64,000 nucleotides of DNA from Patescibacteria group bacterium (GTDB lineage Bacteria > Patescibacteriota > UBA1384 > XYA2-FULL-43-10 > 1-14-0-10-43-13), in the NCBI GenBank assembly GCA_041674765.1, contig JBAYVE010000003.1, positions 2,040 through 66,039 on the forward strand, given 5' to 3'. A model generated the notes under the pieces. That model worked only from the letters and a program-made list of their open reading frames with translations, ran no database searches and was not told where the DNA came from. This document shows, piece after piece, positions 29,047-38,391 of this stretch (the first letter of the stretch is position 1; each line of letters opens with the position of its first letter). The position numbers and the translations under genes were made by a program.

Positions 29047-30822
29047 ATGACTAACAACAAACAAAAACTTGAACTAACATGGATCGGTAAAAATAATCCT
29101 GAGTATGATATCTCCAATATTGAGCCAAGAATATTGGAAGAAAATTCTGAACTTTCCAATTGCACGAATGATCCAAATACCGAAAACATGCTTATCCATG
29201 GCGATAACCTTTTGGCTCTCAAGGCGCTTCTCCCTGAATACGAAGGCAAGGTGAAGTGTATATACATTGATCCACCATACAACACTGGCAATGCTTTTGA
29301 ACATTATGACGATAGTGTTGAGCATAGCACATGGCTGTCGCTAATGAAGCCAAGATTGGAGTTACTAAAAATGCTTTTAAGGGAAGATGGTATTTTGTGT
29401 GTTCAGATAAATGATGAAGAACAAGCGTATTTAAAAGTTTTGCTTGATGAGATTTTTGGACGATCAAATTTAATTAATCAAGTAAGTGTAAAAATGAAAC
29501 AAACCTCCGGGGCAAGCGGAGGAGGTGAAGATAAACGCCTCAAGAAAAATATTGAGTTCATTTTAAATTACGCCAAGAATTACCAGGTATTCCCTAAGTT
29601 TAATGAGGTACTTGAAGAGGAAAATCTTTTTGAATTGATAAATGAAATGAGAGAAGAAGGTAAGAGCTGGAAATATACCAGAGTTATTATGTCTAGGGGG
29701 GATCGTTCATTTTTCTGTGAAGTCAAAGATGGTTCAGGGATGCCCATTAAGATTTATAAACATACTGATGTAAAGATAAATACCATTCCTGAATTAATGA
29801 AAAATGATGGACTAACCGAAGAGGAAACATATTTTAAATACTTCGACAACATATTCAGGGATACCAATGCTCAAAGCTCAATTAGAGCAAGAGTGATGGA
29901 AGCTACAAAAGGTGAAGGAGATTTCTTTAGTATTGAATATGTTCCTCGTTCTGGTAAGTCAAAAGGTCAGATTACTACATCGTTCTACAAAGGTAATAAC
30001 AGGGATTTGATTGCTTGGTTAAAAGATGTAGCAGTAAAGAAAAAAAATTCAATTGTAAAACTGGAAAAACTTGGAACATATTGGGATGGATTTCCATTAA
30101 ACAATTTAACCAAGGAGGGAGGGGTGCTATTCCCTAACGGCAAAAAACCAGAAGCACTAATTCAAAGAATATTAGAATTAACAACTCAAAAGGACGACTT
30201 GGTTATAGACTCCTTTCTCGGTTCTGGTACGACTGTTGCAGTAGCGCATAAGATGGGGCGAAAATATATAGGAATTGAAATGGGCAATCATGCTTATACC
30301 CACTGCAAAGTTCGACTTGATAAAGTAGTTGACGGTTCAGATCAAGGTGGTGTAAGCAAGGTGGTAGATTGGCGTGGCGGCGGAGCTTACAAATTTTATG
30401 AATTAGCGCCAAGTTTTATTATGAAAGATGAATTCGGTAATCCAGTAATTGATATTTTTTATAATGATGCAAAACTTGTTAAGGCTATGTGCAAGCTTAT
30501 GAATTTTACATATCAACCAAGCTCAACTGAATATTGGAAACACGGAATAGGCCAAGGCAAAAATTACTTATATGTTACAACTCAGCTTTTAACTAGCGGA
30601 ATGATTCAACAAATTGCTGCCCACCTTGCTGAAGGAGAGTCACTTATTGTCTGTCCTAAAAAGTTTGAGCCGGGTGCAGATAAAATTGATGACCGAATCA
30701 CGATCAAGAAGATACCACAGTCTATACTGAAAGCTTGCCATTTTGGAAAAAAGGAATATCTATTACCTATTAAAGAATCTGCTATAGAAGAAAATGAGTC
30801 AGAAGAAGAGGAGGTTGAATAA
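29047..30822 (+). CDS. mod: Type III restriction-modification methyltransferase (Mod), N6-adenine/N4-cytosine beta-class
   Basis: Motif IV IYIDPPYNTGN precedes motif I DSFLGSGTT. Overlaps or abuts the Res gene. Confidence 0.85.
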   Translation: MTNNKQKLELTWIGKNNPEYDISNIEPRILEENSELSNCTNDPNTENMLIHGDNLLALKALLPEYEGKVKCIYIDPPYNTGNAFEHYDDSVEHSTWLSLMKPRLELLKMLLREDGILCVQINDEEQAYLKVLLDEIFGRSNLINQVSVKMKQTSGASGGGEDKRLKKNIEFILNYAKNYQVFPKFNEVLEEENLFELINEMREEGKSWKYTRVIMSRGDRSFFCEVKDGSGMPIKIYKHTDVKINTIPELMKNDGLTEEETYFKYFDNIFRDTNAQSSIRARVMEATKGEGDFFSIEYVPRSGKSKGQITTSFYKGNNRDLIAWLKDVAVKKKNSIVKLEKLGTYWDGFPLNNLTKEGGVLFPNGKKPEALIQRILELTTQKDDLVIDSFLGSGTTVAVAHKMGRKYIGIEMGNHAYTHCKVRLDKVVDGSDQGGVSKVVDWRGGGAYKFYELAPSFIMKDEFGNPVIDIFYNDAKLVKAMCKLMNFTYQPSSTEYWKHGIGQGKNYLYVTTQLLTSGMIQQIAAHLAEGESLIVCPKKFEPGADKIDDRITIKKIPQSILKACHFGKKEYLLPIKESAIEENESEEEEVE

Positions 30823-30823
30823 T

Positions 30824-33673
30824 ATGAAACCAGATCAAGCATTGAAATATCTGAATGGTGCAATGAGTCTGAGAGAGCCACAGACAAAAAGCCTAGAACT
30901 TTTCGCCCGTTACCTAGAGTCATCTGCCGGCCAGAAGCTACTCGCACGGATGAAGTATAAAAATAAGGATGATATTACTAACCTATTGTCCGAAAGCAAA
31001 GACTACTTCAGCGCTATTCCTGAAGCACGAGAATTTGATGAATTTGAACGTGCCTTTCCGGCATATACTTTTGCACTCGCAACAGGCGTAGGAAAGACGA
31101 GACTTATGGGAGCTTTCGTCGCTTATCTGTATCTGGTTTATAATATTCAGCATTTTCTTATTGTTGCTCCCAACCTCACAATTTACCGGAAGCTCTTTGA
31201 TGATTTTAGTAAATCTAATAATCCGAAATATGTCTTCAAGGGTATTCAAGAGATAAATACAAACACGGCTAAAGTCATCACTACAGATAACTATACTCAG
31301 CAACGAAACGCTTCACTTTTCGGCAATCAAATTGAAATCAATATTTTTAATGTCCAACAATTTGCTCAAAAAGATATGACAAATGAGCGCGGAATTACTA
31401 AAGCATGGGAGACTGCAGGAGAGTCATACTTTGACTATCTAAAAGAACACGATGATTTGGTAGTAATGCTCGATGAAGCTCATCACTATCATGCAGACGC
31501 AGCTTTGGGCGCATTAGATATACTCAATCCTCTTTTTGGGTTAGAGATGACCGCAACTCCATACTTGGGCACCCAAGGAAATGGCGGCGGAAATGCACGC
31601 CAAATTAGAATGAAAAATGTTTTGTATTCCTATAATCTTGGTGATGCTATTCGTGGCAAACTAGTAAAAGACCCATGGGTCGGCACCGAGGCCGATGTCG
31701 ATTTTAGTCAGTTTGCGGCCGATTCCATAGAGACAGATGCACGGAAACTTCAACTTGCTGCCTTTTTTCATGAACGAGCTAAAGTTGCCTTAAAAGAATA
31801 TGCACTGGAAAATAACATGCCAGTCGTGAAGCCAGTTATGCTCGTAGTAGCAAAAGATACAACTCATGCCGGTGAATTACGAGCCTTGATAGATAGCGAT
31901 GATTTTCGCAGAGGAGAATTCAAAGGTAAAGTAATTGAGATACACACAAAACTCCGAGGAGACGAGGCTGATGATAATATTGAAAAGTTAATCTCTCTAG
32001 AACATCCCGATAATCTAGTCGAGATCGTTATCCATGTAAACATGCTTAAAGAGGGCTGGGATGTGACAAATGTTTACACTATTGTGCCTTTGCGCGAAGC
32101 TGCTGCCATGATTCTTACGGAACAAACGATCGGCCGTGGTTTGCGATTACCATACGGGGAGCGCACAGGTGTTCCGTTAGTGGACAGATTAGTGCTTGTC
32201 GCTCACGAACAATTTTCAAAGGTTGTTGCACTTGCGAAGGATTCACCGCTTATTCAAGGACAAGTAGAGCAGATTACCGGACAAGAGGTTAAAGAGATAA
32301 AAATACTCACAGAGATTCAACCAGTTGTTCTCGACACTGTCAGGGGTGAAATAGAGCACAACGAGATAGTGATGCAAGCTGTCTCAGAAAAAGTAGATGA
32401 AATTGTTTCTAAGCTTCCACAGATTGAAAGTATGGATGAATCTGTGAAGTCTAAGTTTATCGAAAATAAAAAAGAAGAAATCATCAACGACCTAGCTAAG
32501 GAAACAATTAAGAGTAATACCTTCTCTAATTTCCATGGACAAGAATCAAAAGCGCCAACAGAGCTATCGTTTGGTCCCGATACACTTTTTGGCTCGTTTA
32601 GCGCTGAGGCAAAAGACGAACTTTCTAAAATTGCCCAAGAATCCGCTAAAGTAATAGAAAAAAGAAACATCCCTATTCCCCGATTAATGCTCACCCCGCA
32701 TTTTGGCGAGCTCTTTATCGCAGACTTTGATCTTGACACTAGTATAGGAATATTGCGTACATACACAAATGAGCGTGCGATCCTCGAGGAACAGCTGCAA
32801 AACAACCCAGATCAGAATCTTTTTGGCGAAGAAGTTCCTGGCCGCAGGGTCACTGAAGTGACTAGAGTGAGTAGTTTTGGTTCTCAAAGTCGGCAGACTC
32901 CTCAGAGTACTCTTATAGCTGCTCTACTTGATTTTCCATTAGTAGATTATGACGATGTAGATCAAAAGCCTCTACTCTTGAAATTAGCGGATCAGGCAGT
33001 TGCATATTATCGCAAAAAAGCGATTGATGATGATAATTTAGCCCTGATAGTTGAAAGTAACGCGCACTCAATTGCCGGTGATATCTATAAGCAGATTTTG
33101 GCACATAAAGAGTTGCGATCAGAAAGCTATATTGAATCAGAAGTACGAGAACCCAAACCATACTTGGAGCAATACAATATCTCATTATCTTTTGGAGAAA
33201 AATCAGTTTCCCTTGATTCTCAACTGAACACTTTTAGCGCAAAGTTAGCATATGGCAACTTCCAAAAGGCATGTCATGCGATGTACCGCTTTGATTCTTC
33301 TGATGAAGTTCGTTTAGCCTATCTTCTCGATAATGATCAATCCATAGAAGATTGGCTTCGTCCGGCTCCAAATCAGTTTGAGGGTCTGTATTGGCGTGAT
33401 TCAGAAGGTAGATCCGATCACCGCTATGAACCAGATTTTGTCGTTGAACTCGAGAAAGAAATAGTGATGATTGAGGTAAAGCCTGACGCTGAAATCAGCA
33501 CGCCCGATGTACAAGCAAAGAAACAGACTGCTGAAAAATACTGTGATGTAGTGAATAGAAATATTGGCAAGTTTGGAATCGTAAAATCATGGCGTTATAT
33601 AATTGCTCCGACCAGTAGAATAACAATCCACTCAACAATCGATGGACTACTAAAAGACCAAAGTTCAATTTAG
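30824..33673 (+). CDS. res: Type III restriction endonuclease Res subunit (SF2 helicase plus C-terminal PD-(D/E)xK nuclease)
   Basis: Walker A ATGVGKTRLM, DEAH VVMLDEAHHY, C-terminal EPDFVVELEKEIVMIEVKP. Start set at ATG 30824 (RBS GAGGAGG) rather than the track's 30794. Confidence 0.8.
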   Translation: MKPDQALKYLNGAMSLREPQTKSLELFARYLESSAGQKLLARMKYKNKDDITNLLSESKDYFSAIPEAREFDEFERAFPAYTFALATGVGKTRLMGAFVAYLYLVYNIQHFLIVAPNLTIYRKLFDDFSKSNNPKYVFKGIQEINTNTAKVITTDNYTQQRNASLFGNQIEINIFNVQQFAQKDMTNERGITKAWETAGESYFDYLKEHDDLVVMLDEAHHYHADAALGALDILNPLFGLEMTATPYLGTQGNGGGNARQIRMKNVLYSYNLGDAIRGKLVKDPWVGTEADVDFSQFAADSIETDARKLQLAAFFHERAKVALKEYALENNMPVVKPVMLVVAKDTTHAGELRALIDSDDFRRGEFKGKVIEIHTKLRGDEADDNIEKLISLEHPDNLVEIVIHVNMLKEGWDVTNVYTIVPLREAAAMILTEQTIGRGLRLPYGERTGVPLVDRLVLVAHEQFSKVVALAKDSPLIQGQVEQITGQEVKEIKILTEIQPVVLDTVRGEIEHNEIVMQAVSEKVDEIVSKLPQIESMDESVKSKFIENKKEEIINDLAKETIKSNTFSNFHGQESKAPTELSFGPDTLFGSFSAEAKDELSKIAQESAKVIEKRNIPIPRLMLTPHFGELFIADFDLDTSIGILRTYTNERAILEEQLQNNPDQNLFGEEVPGRRVTEVTRVSSFGSQSRQTPQSTLIAALLDFPLVDYDDVDQKPLLLKLADQAVAYYRKKAIDDDNLALIVESNAHSIAGDIYKQILAHKELRSESYIESEVREPKPYLEQYNISLSFGEKSVSLDSQLNTFSAKLAYGNFQKACHAMYRFDSSDEVRLAYLLDNDQSIEDWLRPAPNQFEGLYWRDSEGRSDHRYEPDFVVELEKEIVMIEVKPDAEISTPDVQAKKQTAEKYCDVVNRNIGKFGIVKSWRYIIAPTSRITIHSTIDGLLKDQSSI

Positions 33674-33683
33674 GAGTTTTTAT

Positions 33684-34001
33684 ATGAGTGAAACAGTAGT
33701 AGAAGGTGAATCCGATGATGAAGAGGAAGACGACTATTGGCCAAAAACTAAAGATGAGGCTATAGAATCATTCATGTGTTTAGATTTTACCGATAGAGAT
33801 TTTGAGATTATTGAGGAATGTGCCAAGAAAAATATTGATAAGATTCTGCCTGATTTTGAGGAATCAATAAGATTGGCCTGTGGGTTTGATTCTGGAAATA
33901 AAAAATTATTAGAAGTATGCGGTGATGCAAACATGGACCCACATGATGCTTCACGAGTTATAATGCTCGCAATTTGGGATTACTTTCATTTCACGCAATA
34001 A
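33684..34001 (+). CDS. small highly acidic protein (N-terminus ESDDEEEDDYW), unknown function
   Basis: 105 aa starting 11 nt after the res stop. Very Asp/Glu-rich. Confidence 0.4.
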   Translation: MSETVVEGESDDEEEDDYWPKTKDEAIESFMCLDFTDRDFEIIEECAKKNIDKILPDFEESIRLACGFDSGNKKLLEVCGDANMDPHDASRVIMLAIWDYFHFTQ

Positions 34002-34009
34002 GGATCAAA

Positions 34010-34249
34010 ATGACAGAAAATATGATGGAAAAGATCAATAAATCAAGGAATAAGAATTATAAATACAGAGTAGAAGAATGTGACTGCTATTCTTCTCATA
34101 TTGATCATGACGATATGGCACTTATCAATGATTTGGATATAGCAAAATTAATCGCCGACAAACTGCAACAGAGTGCAAAATCATATCAGGACTATACTGT
34201 TTTTGATGATGAAGGAAAAATGATTTACTCGGCAAAATATAAGAAATAG
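34010..34249 (+). CDS. hypothetical 79-aa protein
   Basis: ATG 34010 with an AAGGA RBS, straight after the previous stop. No recognisable motif. Confidence 0.35.
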   Translation: MTENMMEKINKSRNKNYKYRVEECDCYSSHIDHDDMALINDLDIAKLIADKLQQSAKSYQDYTVFDDEGKMIYSAKYKK

Positions 34250-34258
34250 AGAGGTTGA

Positions 34259-34579
34259 ATGGATAAAGAATTAGAGAAAAAACTTGATTCTATAACTGCT
34301 GAGTTATCTAGAGTTAACGGCGTTTTAGAAAGAATAAATGAGCAAGTATATGGAAAGTATTATTCTGAGACACCAGAAGGAAGCTTTGATGTGCTTTTGG
34401 ATGATGCCAAAAAGCTAGCAGAAGAGGCCGGTTATGTCTCTCCTGGACTATTCCAACGCAAATTTAGGATTGGGTATGCTCGTTCTGCTTCATTACTTGA
34501 TTTATTAATTGAGAAAAAAATTGTTGAGCCACGGGACGGCGCAAAACCATGTAAATATATTATGGGCCAGGAAGAATAA
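34259..34579 (+). CDS. coiled-coil plus FtsK-gamma-like winged-helix DNA-binding protein
   Basis: C-terminal SPGLFQRKFRIGYARSASLLDLLIEKKIVEPRDGAKPCKYI, compared with the FtsK gamma consensus LLQRRLRIGYNRAARLIEQME..GIVS...GSKPREVL. Confidence 0.5.
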   Translation: MDKELEKKLDSITAELSRVNGVLERINEQVYGKYYSETPEGSFDVLLDDAKKLAEEAGYVSPGLFQRKFRIGYARSASLLDLLIEKKIVEPRDGAKPCKYIMGQEE

Positions 34580-34581
34580 AT

Positions 34582-37500
34582 ATGGAAATGATACTTTCTA
34601 CAAAAATTAAACTTCCTGAAAACAATGTTGAAATTAAGAAGATTGGGAAGAATAAGATCTTTCAGATTGCTCAAAGGGAAGAAATTATTGATGTGAAAGT
34701 CTATCAGTTCAGGCAAAATGTTTACCTTCTTAGAGACAAGGTCGGAAGAGAATATTATCTCAGAAAATTTAATTCACGAGAATCTCTAGTTGGTAATAAC
34801 ATCCTAAGGCTAAAGGAATCTATAGATATTTTAAATTTAGATGTAGACAGCAAGCTTTTATGGCAAAAGCATTCACTGTTTACCGATATTAGAATACCTG
34901 AGGACATAATTAGTACTTGGAAAAATTCATTTTCATTTAGACTTGGTGATGATTTAAATCCTGGCTTACGCAAGCCTCAACTGGGGGCAATACATTCCAT
35001 AGCTTCACATTGGTCTGTTAATAAAGACTGTGGAACCATTGTTATGCCAACTGGCACAGGAAAAACGGAAACAATGCTTTCCAGTTTGGTTTATCAGCAA
35101 TGTCAGAAGATTTTAGTTTTGGTTCCAAGCAAAGCGCTAAGATCGCAAGTTTCTAAAAAGTTTCTTTCATTAGGCTGTTTACGTGAAATTGGAGTTCTAA
35201 ACTATCAGGCATTAAATCCAAGAGTCGCGGTGATTGAACATGGGGTAAAAGATATATTAGAAGCAATTGATCTGCTTAATAATGCAAACGTTATTGTCAC
35301 AACCACTGCAGCTCTGAATAAGTTTCCGGACGACATAAAACAAGAAATTGCAAAAGGATGCACTCATCTTTTTATTGATGAAGCCCACCATGTACCGGCA
35401 CAAACTTGGAGTGACATTAAAGGACTTTTTTCTGATAAAAAAATACTGCAATTTACTGCCACTCCGTTCCGAAGGGACGGAAAAGAAATTGACGGGAAAA
35501 TTATCTTTAATTATCCATTGGGAATGGCTCAGAAGGATGAATATTTTAAAAGTATCAACTTAATCGAAATTCAAGAATTTGATGATACAAAAGCAGACGA
35601 AAGGATAGCTGAATCGGCGATTGCTGTCTTGAAAAAAGACTTATCAAGGAGCAGAAAAAAAGATCATATATTAATGGCTCGGTGCAAGGATAAAACGAGA
35701 GCAAAAGAGATTGTTAAGATATATGAAAGATTAGCTACTGAATACAATCCAATTATTATAGATTCAAGCTTATCGGATAGACAATATAAGGATTCAATTG
35801 AAAAAATTGAACAAAGAAAATCTAGGATTATTGTTTGCGTAAACATGCTTGGGGAGGGGTATGATTTGCCAAATTTGAAAATTGCCGCAATCCATGACAC
35901 ACATAAAAGCTTGGCTATTACACTCCAGTTCATCGGACGTTTTACGCGTATATCTGGCAATAAAGTTGGCGATGCTACTGCAATAATCAATATTAGTGAT
36001 CCTCAAGTAAACAAAGAACTGGAAGAACTTTATGCTCAAGGTGCCGATTGGAACAGTCTACTGAGGCAAAAAAGTGAATCTGTAATACAAAAAGAAATAG
36101 ATTTTCAGGACTTTATTAATGGTTTCTCTGGAGAGCTTTCAAAACATCTCTCTCTTTGGAACCTAAGGCCTGCTTTCTCAACCCTTGTTTACGAGACAAA
36201 GTGTAAAAATTGGCATCCTAAAAAATTTATTGAGGCTATCCCCAAAAATTATCAGTACCTCCACGCGATTAATGAACGTGAAAAAATATTGGTCATATTG
36301 ATCAGCAAAGATGATGAAGTGACTTGGGGTAAGTACAAGAATATCAGAAACCACAATTTTGAGCTTTGTGTAGCTCATTGGGATGAAAAGCATAATGCAC
36401 TATTTCTTCAGTGCAGTGATTATGATGCACTCAATTGTACAAAGTTGTCAAAATTAATTTGTGGCGATCAAGCAAAATTAAAAAACGGCCAAAAAGTGTT
36501 TAATATATTTTCTGGAGTCGAGCGAGTTCTGGCTAGAAATCTAGGCGTTTCTACGATAGGAACGATCTCGTATACTATGCATTTCGGAAGTGATATAACA
36601 ACCGGACTTTCTAAGCTTGACAAGTCAGTTGGTGTCTTGAATAACATTTTTGGCTGGGGTTACGAGGAAGGCGTTAGAGTAGCTGAAGGATGCTCGGCAA
36701 AGCGTGGCAAAATATGGGCCATAGGTGGCGGCCCTATAACATCATGGAAAAAATGGTGCCTTAAAATCGCGGATAAAATATTCGATAATAAGATTAAAGA
36801 AAATAAAATAATTCAGGATTTTCTGAGACCGCAGGAATTGACAACAAGATATCGGTCAATCCCATTGTTGGCACAATGGAGTGAAAATATTTTAGTGACA
36901 CCAGAAGAAAATGTTTTTGTTTATTTTGGCAATAAGGAATACAAACTACATGATATTGACCTAGAGATTACCGATCATAGCCAGTCAGGCCCTATATTTT
37001 TTAAGATTATCTCTGAAACAGAGTCGTCGACTTATAAAATCTCTTTTTTCAGGACTAGGTGTAAATATTCACTTGTTGATGGTCAGGAGATCAGGTTAAG
37101 GAGAAATAATGGGGAGCCCATCTCTCTCGTCGATTATATGGAGCAAGATCCAATAACTGTAATTTATTCTGACGGCTCGTTCTCATATAATAATTTTCAT
37201 GTTCCCACACCTAAACTTAATACCTTTTTTAGTAAGGAAAAAATAATTTCTTTTGACTGGACTGGAACAAATATTAAAGCAGAGTCGATGGGTAAAGAGA
37301 ATAAAACTGAAAGTATACAGTACAAGATGTCCGAATATTTAAAGGACGATTATGAAATTATATTCAATGATGACTCTTCTGGCGAGGCAGGAGATTTAAT
37401 AGCAATAAGGCAGGAATCAGTAGATAGTTTTAAATTGCATCTTATCCATTGCAAATATTCATCTAACAAAAACCCAGGGGCACGAATTGATGATTTTTAT

Positions 37501-37815
37501 GCTCTCTGCGGGCAAGCACAAAAATGTATAAGATGGAAACATAATGGAATGGATTATCTTTCAAACCACATGAAAAAGAGAGATGAGACATGGCTCAATG
37601 AAGGAAAAACGAGATTCATCAAGGGAAATATAGCTGATTTAAATAAGCTAAAAAAGTTTTCCAGATTTGCAACAAATTTTATTTTTGAGGTATCTATTGT
37701 CCAGCCAGGGTTGTCGAAGGATAAGATAACTGACGATATTATGCAGCTTTTAGGTAGTACTGAAGACTATCTACTTAAAACTTCTGGGGCAAAATTTAAT
37801 GTTATCTGTTCATAA
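34582..37815 (+). CDS. 1077-aa SF2 (ResIII/DEAH-type) helicase with a roughly 550-aa C-terminal extension carrying a PD-(D/E)xK-like segment
   Basis: LRKPQLGAIHS (Q-motif-like), Walker A VMPTGTGKTETM, DEAH LFIDEAHHV, motif VI QFIGRFTRI. C-terminal GEAGDLIAIRQ...KLHLIHCKYS. Confidence 0.75.
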   Translation: MEMILSTKIKLPENNVEIKKIGKNKIFQIAQREEIIDVKVYQFRQNVYLLRDKVGREYYLRKFNSRESLVGNNILRLKESIDILNLDVDSKLLWQKHSLFTDIRIPEDIISTWKNSFSFRLGDDLNPGLRKPQLGAIHSIASHWSVNKDCGTIVMPTGTGKTETMLSSLVYQQCQKILVLVPSKALRSQVSKKFLSLGCLREIGVLNYQALNPRVAVIEHGVKDILEAIDLLNNANVIVTTTAALNKFPDDIKQEIAKGCTHLFIDEAHHVPAQTWSDIKGLFSDKKILQFTATPFRRDGKEIDGKIIFNYPLGMAQKDEYFKSINLIEIQEFDDTKADERIAESAIAVLKKDLSRSRKKDHILMARCKDKTRAKEIVKIYERLATEYNPIIIDSSLSDRQYKDSIEKIEQRKSRIIVCVNMLGEGYDLPNLKIAAIHDTHKSLAITLQFIGRFTRISGNKVGDATAIINISDPQVNKELEELYAQGADWNSLLRQKSESVIQKEIDFQDFINGFSGELSKHLSLWNLRPAFSTLVYETKCKNWHPKKFIEAIPKNYQYLHAINEREKILVILISKDDEVTWGKYKNIRNHNFELCVAHWDEKHNALFLQCSDYDALNCTKLSKLICGDQAKLKNGQKVFNIFSGVERVLARNLGVSTIGTISYTMHFGSDITTGLSKLDKSVGVLNNIFGWGYEEGVRVAEGCSAKRGKIWAIGGGPITSWKKWCLKIADKIFDNKIKENKIIQDFLRPQELTTRYRSIPLLAQWSENILVTPEENVFVYFGNKEYKLHDIDLEITDHSQSGPIFFKIISETESSTYKISFFRTRCKYSLVDGQEIRLRRNNGEPISLVDYMEQDPITVIYSDGSFSYNNFHVPTPKLNTFFSKEKIISFDWTGTNIKAESMGKENKTESIQYKMSEYLKDDYEIIFNDDSSGEAGDLIAIRQESVDSFKLHLIHCKYSSNKNPGARIDDFYALCGQAQKCIRWKHNGMDYLSNHMKKRDETWLNEGKTRFIKGNIADLNKLKKFSRFATNFIFEVSIVQPGLSKDKITDDIMQLLGSTEDYLLKTSGAKFNVICS

Positions 37816-37837
37816 TAATAATAAAACTACAATAACC

Positions 37838-38386
37838 ATGATTGATTTAAATAATACAAATTGGAAAAACATTGAAAGTGGATTGTCAAAGTATCTGCAT
37901 ATTATGCATTTGTTCATGGATACAAACGTTCAAACGAATAGCGAATTTCAGCGACTCTTTAATGGATTTTACAAAATCAGACAGCGACCAAAAGAATTTT
38001 ATCAAGCATTATATGACTATCTCGAGCAGAATAAAAACAAAAAAGCATCTTTCGCTCAGACATTATCGTTTTTTTACGAAAAATTAAACCGCTTTGAACC
38101 ATCTTTTTCAAGCAAAATTGTGGCAACAATAAATCCGGGATATCCTGTGTGGGATTCCGTGGTTCTTAAACGATTGAACTTGAAATCACCAGTATATAGC
38201 TCAAACAGGGATATCAGACTTAATAAAATGAATCAGATTTATGAGGATATTATTAATTGGTACTCTATTTTCTTAACAACAGAGGAGGCGGAAAAAATGC
38301 TAATAACTTTTGATGCGAAGATGGGGTCGGTAAATATCTCCGATATTAAGAAAATCGATCTGATACTTTGGCAGACTAGGAGTTAA
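37838..38386 (+). CDS. hypothetical 182-aa protein
   Basis: ATG 37838 lies 23 nt after the helicase stop. No motif recognised. Confidence 0.4.
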   Translation: MIDLNNTNWKNIESGLSKYLHIMHLFMDTNVQTNSEFQRLFNGFYKIRQRPKEFYQALYDYLEQNKNKKASFAQTLSFFYEKLNRFEPSFSSKIVATINPGYPVWDSVVLKRLNLKSPVYSSNRDIRLNKMNQIYEDIINWYSIFLTTEEAEKMLITFDAKMGSVNISDIKKIDLILWQTRS

Positions 38387-38391
38387 CAAAT

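Noticed and set aside
29047-33673. Calling the locus DISARM class 1 outright
   Set aside because: It has SNF2 plus adenine-MTase-like genes, but the third large protein has Type III Res hallmarks (DEAH plus C-terminal PD-ExK). No DUF1998 or PLD partner is in the operon. So it is described as Type III RM with accessory SNF2/GmrSD rather than DISARM.
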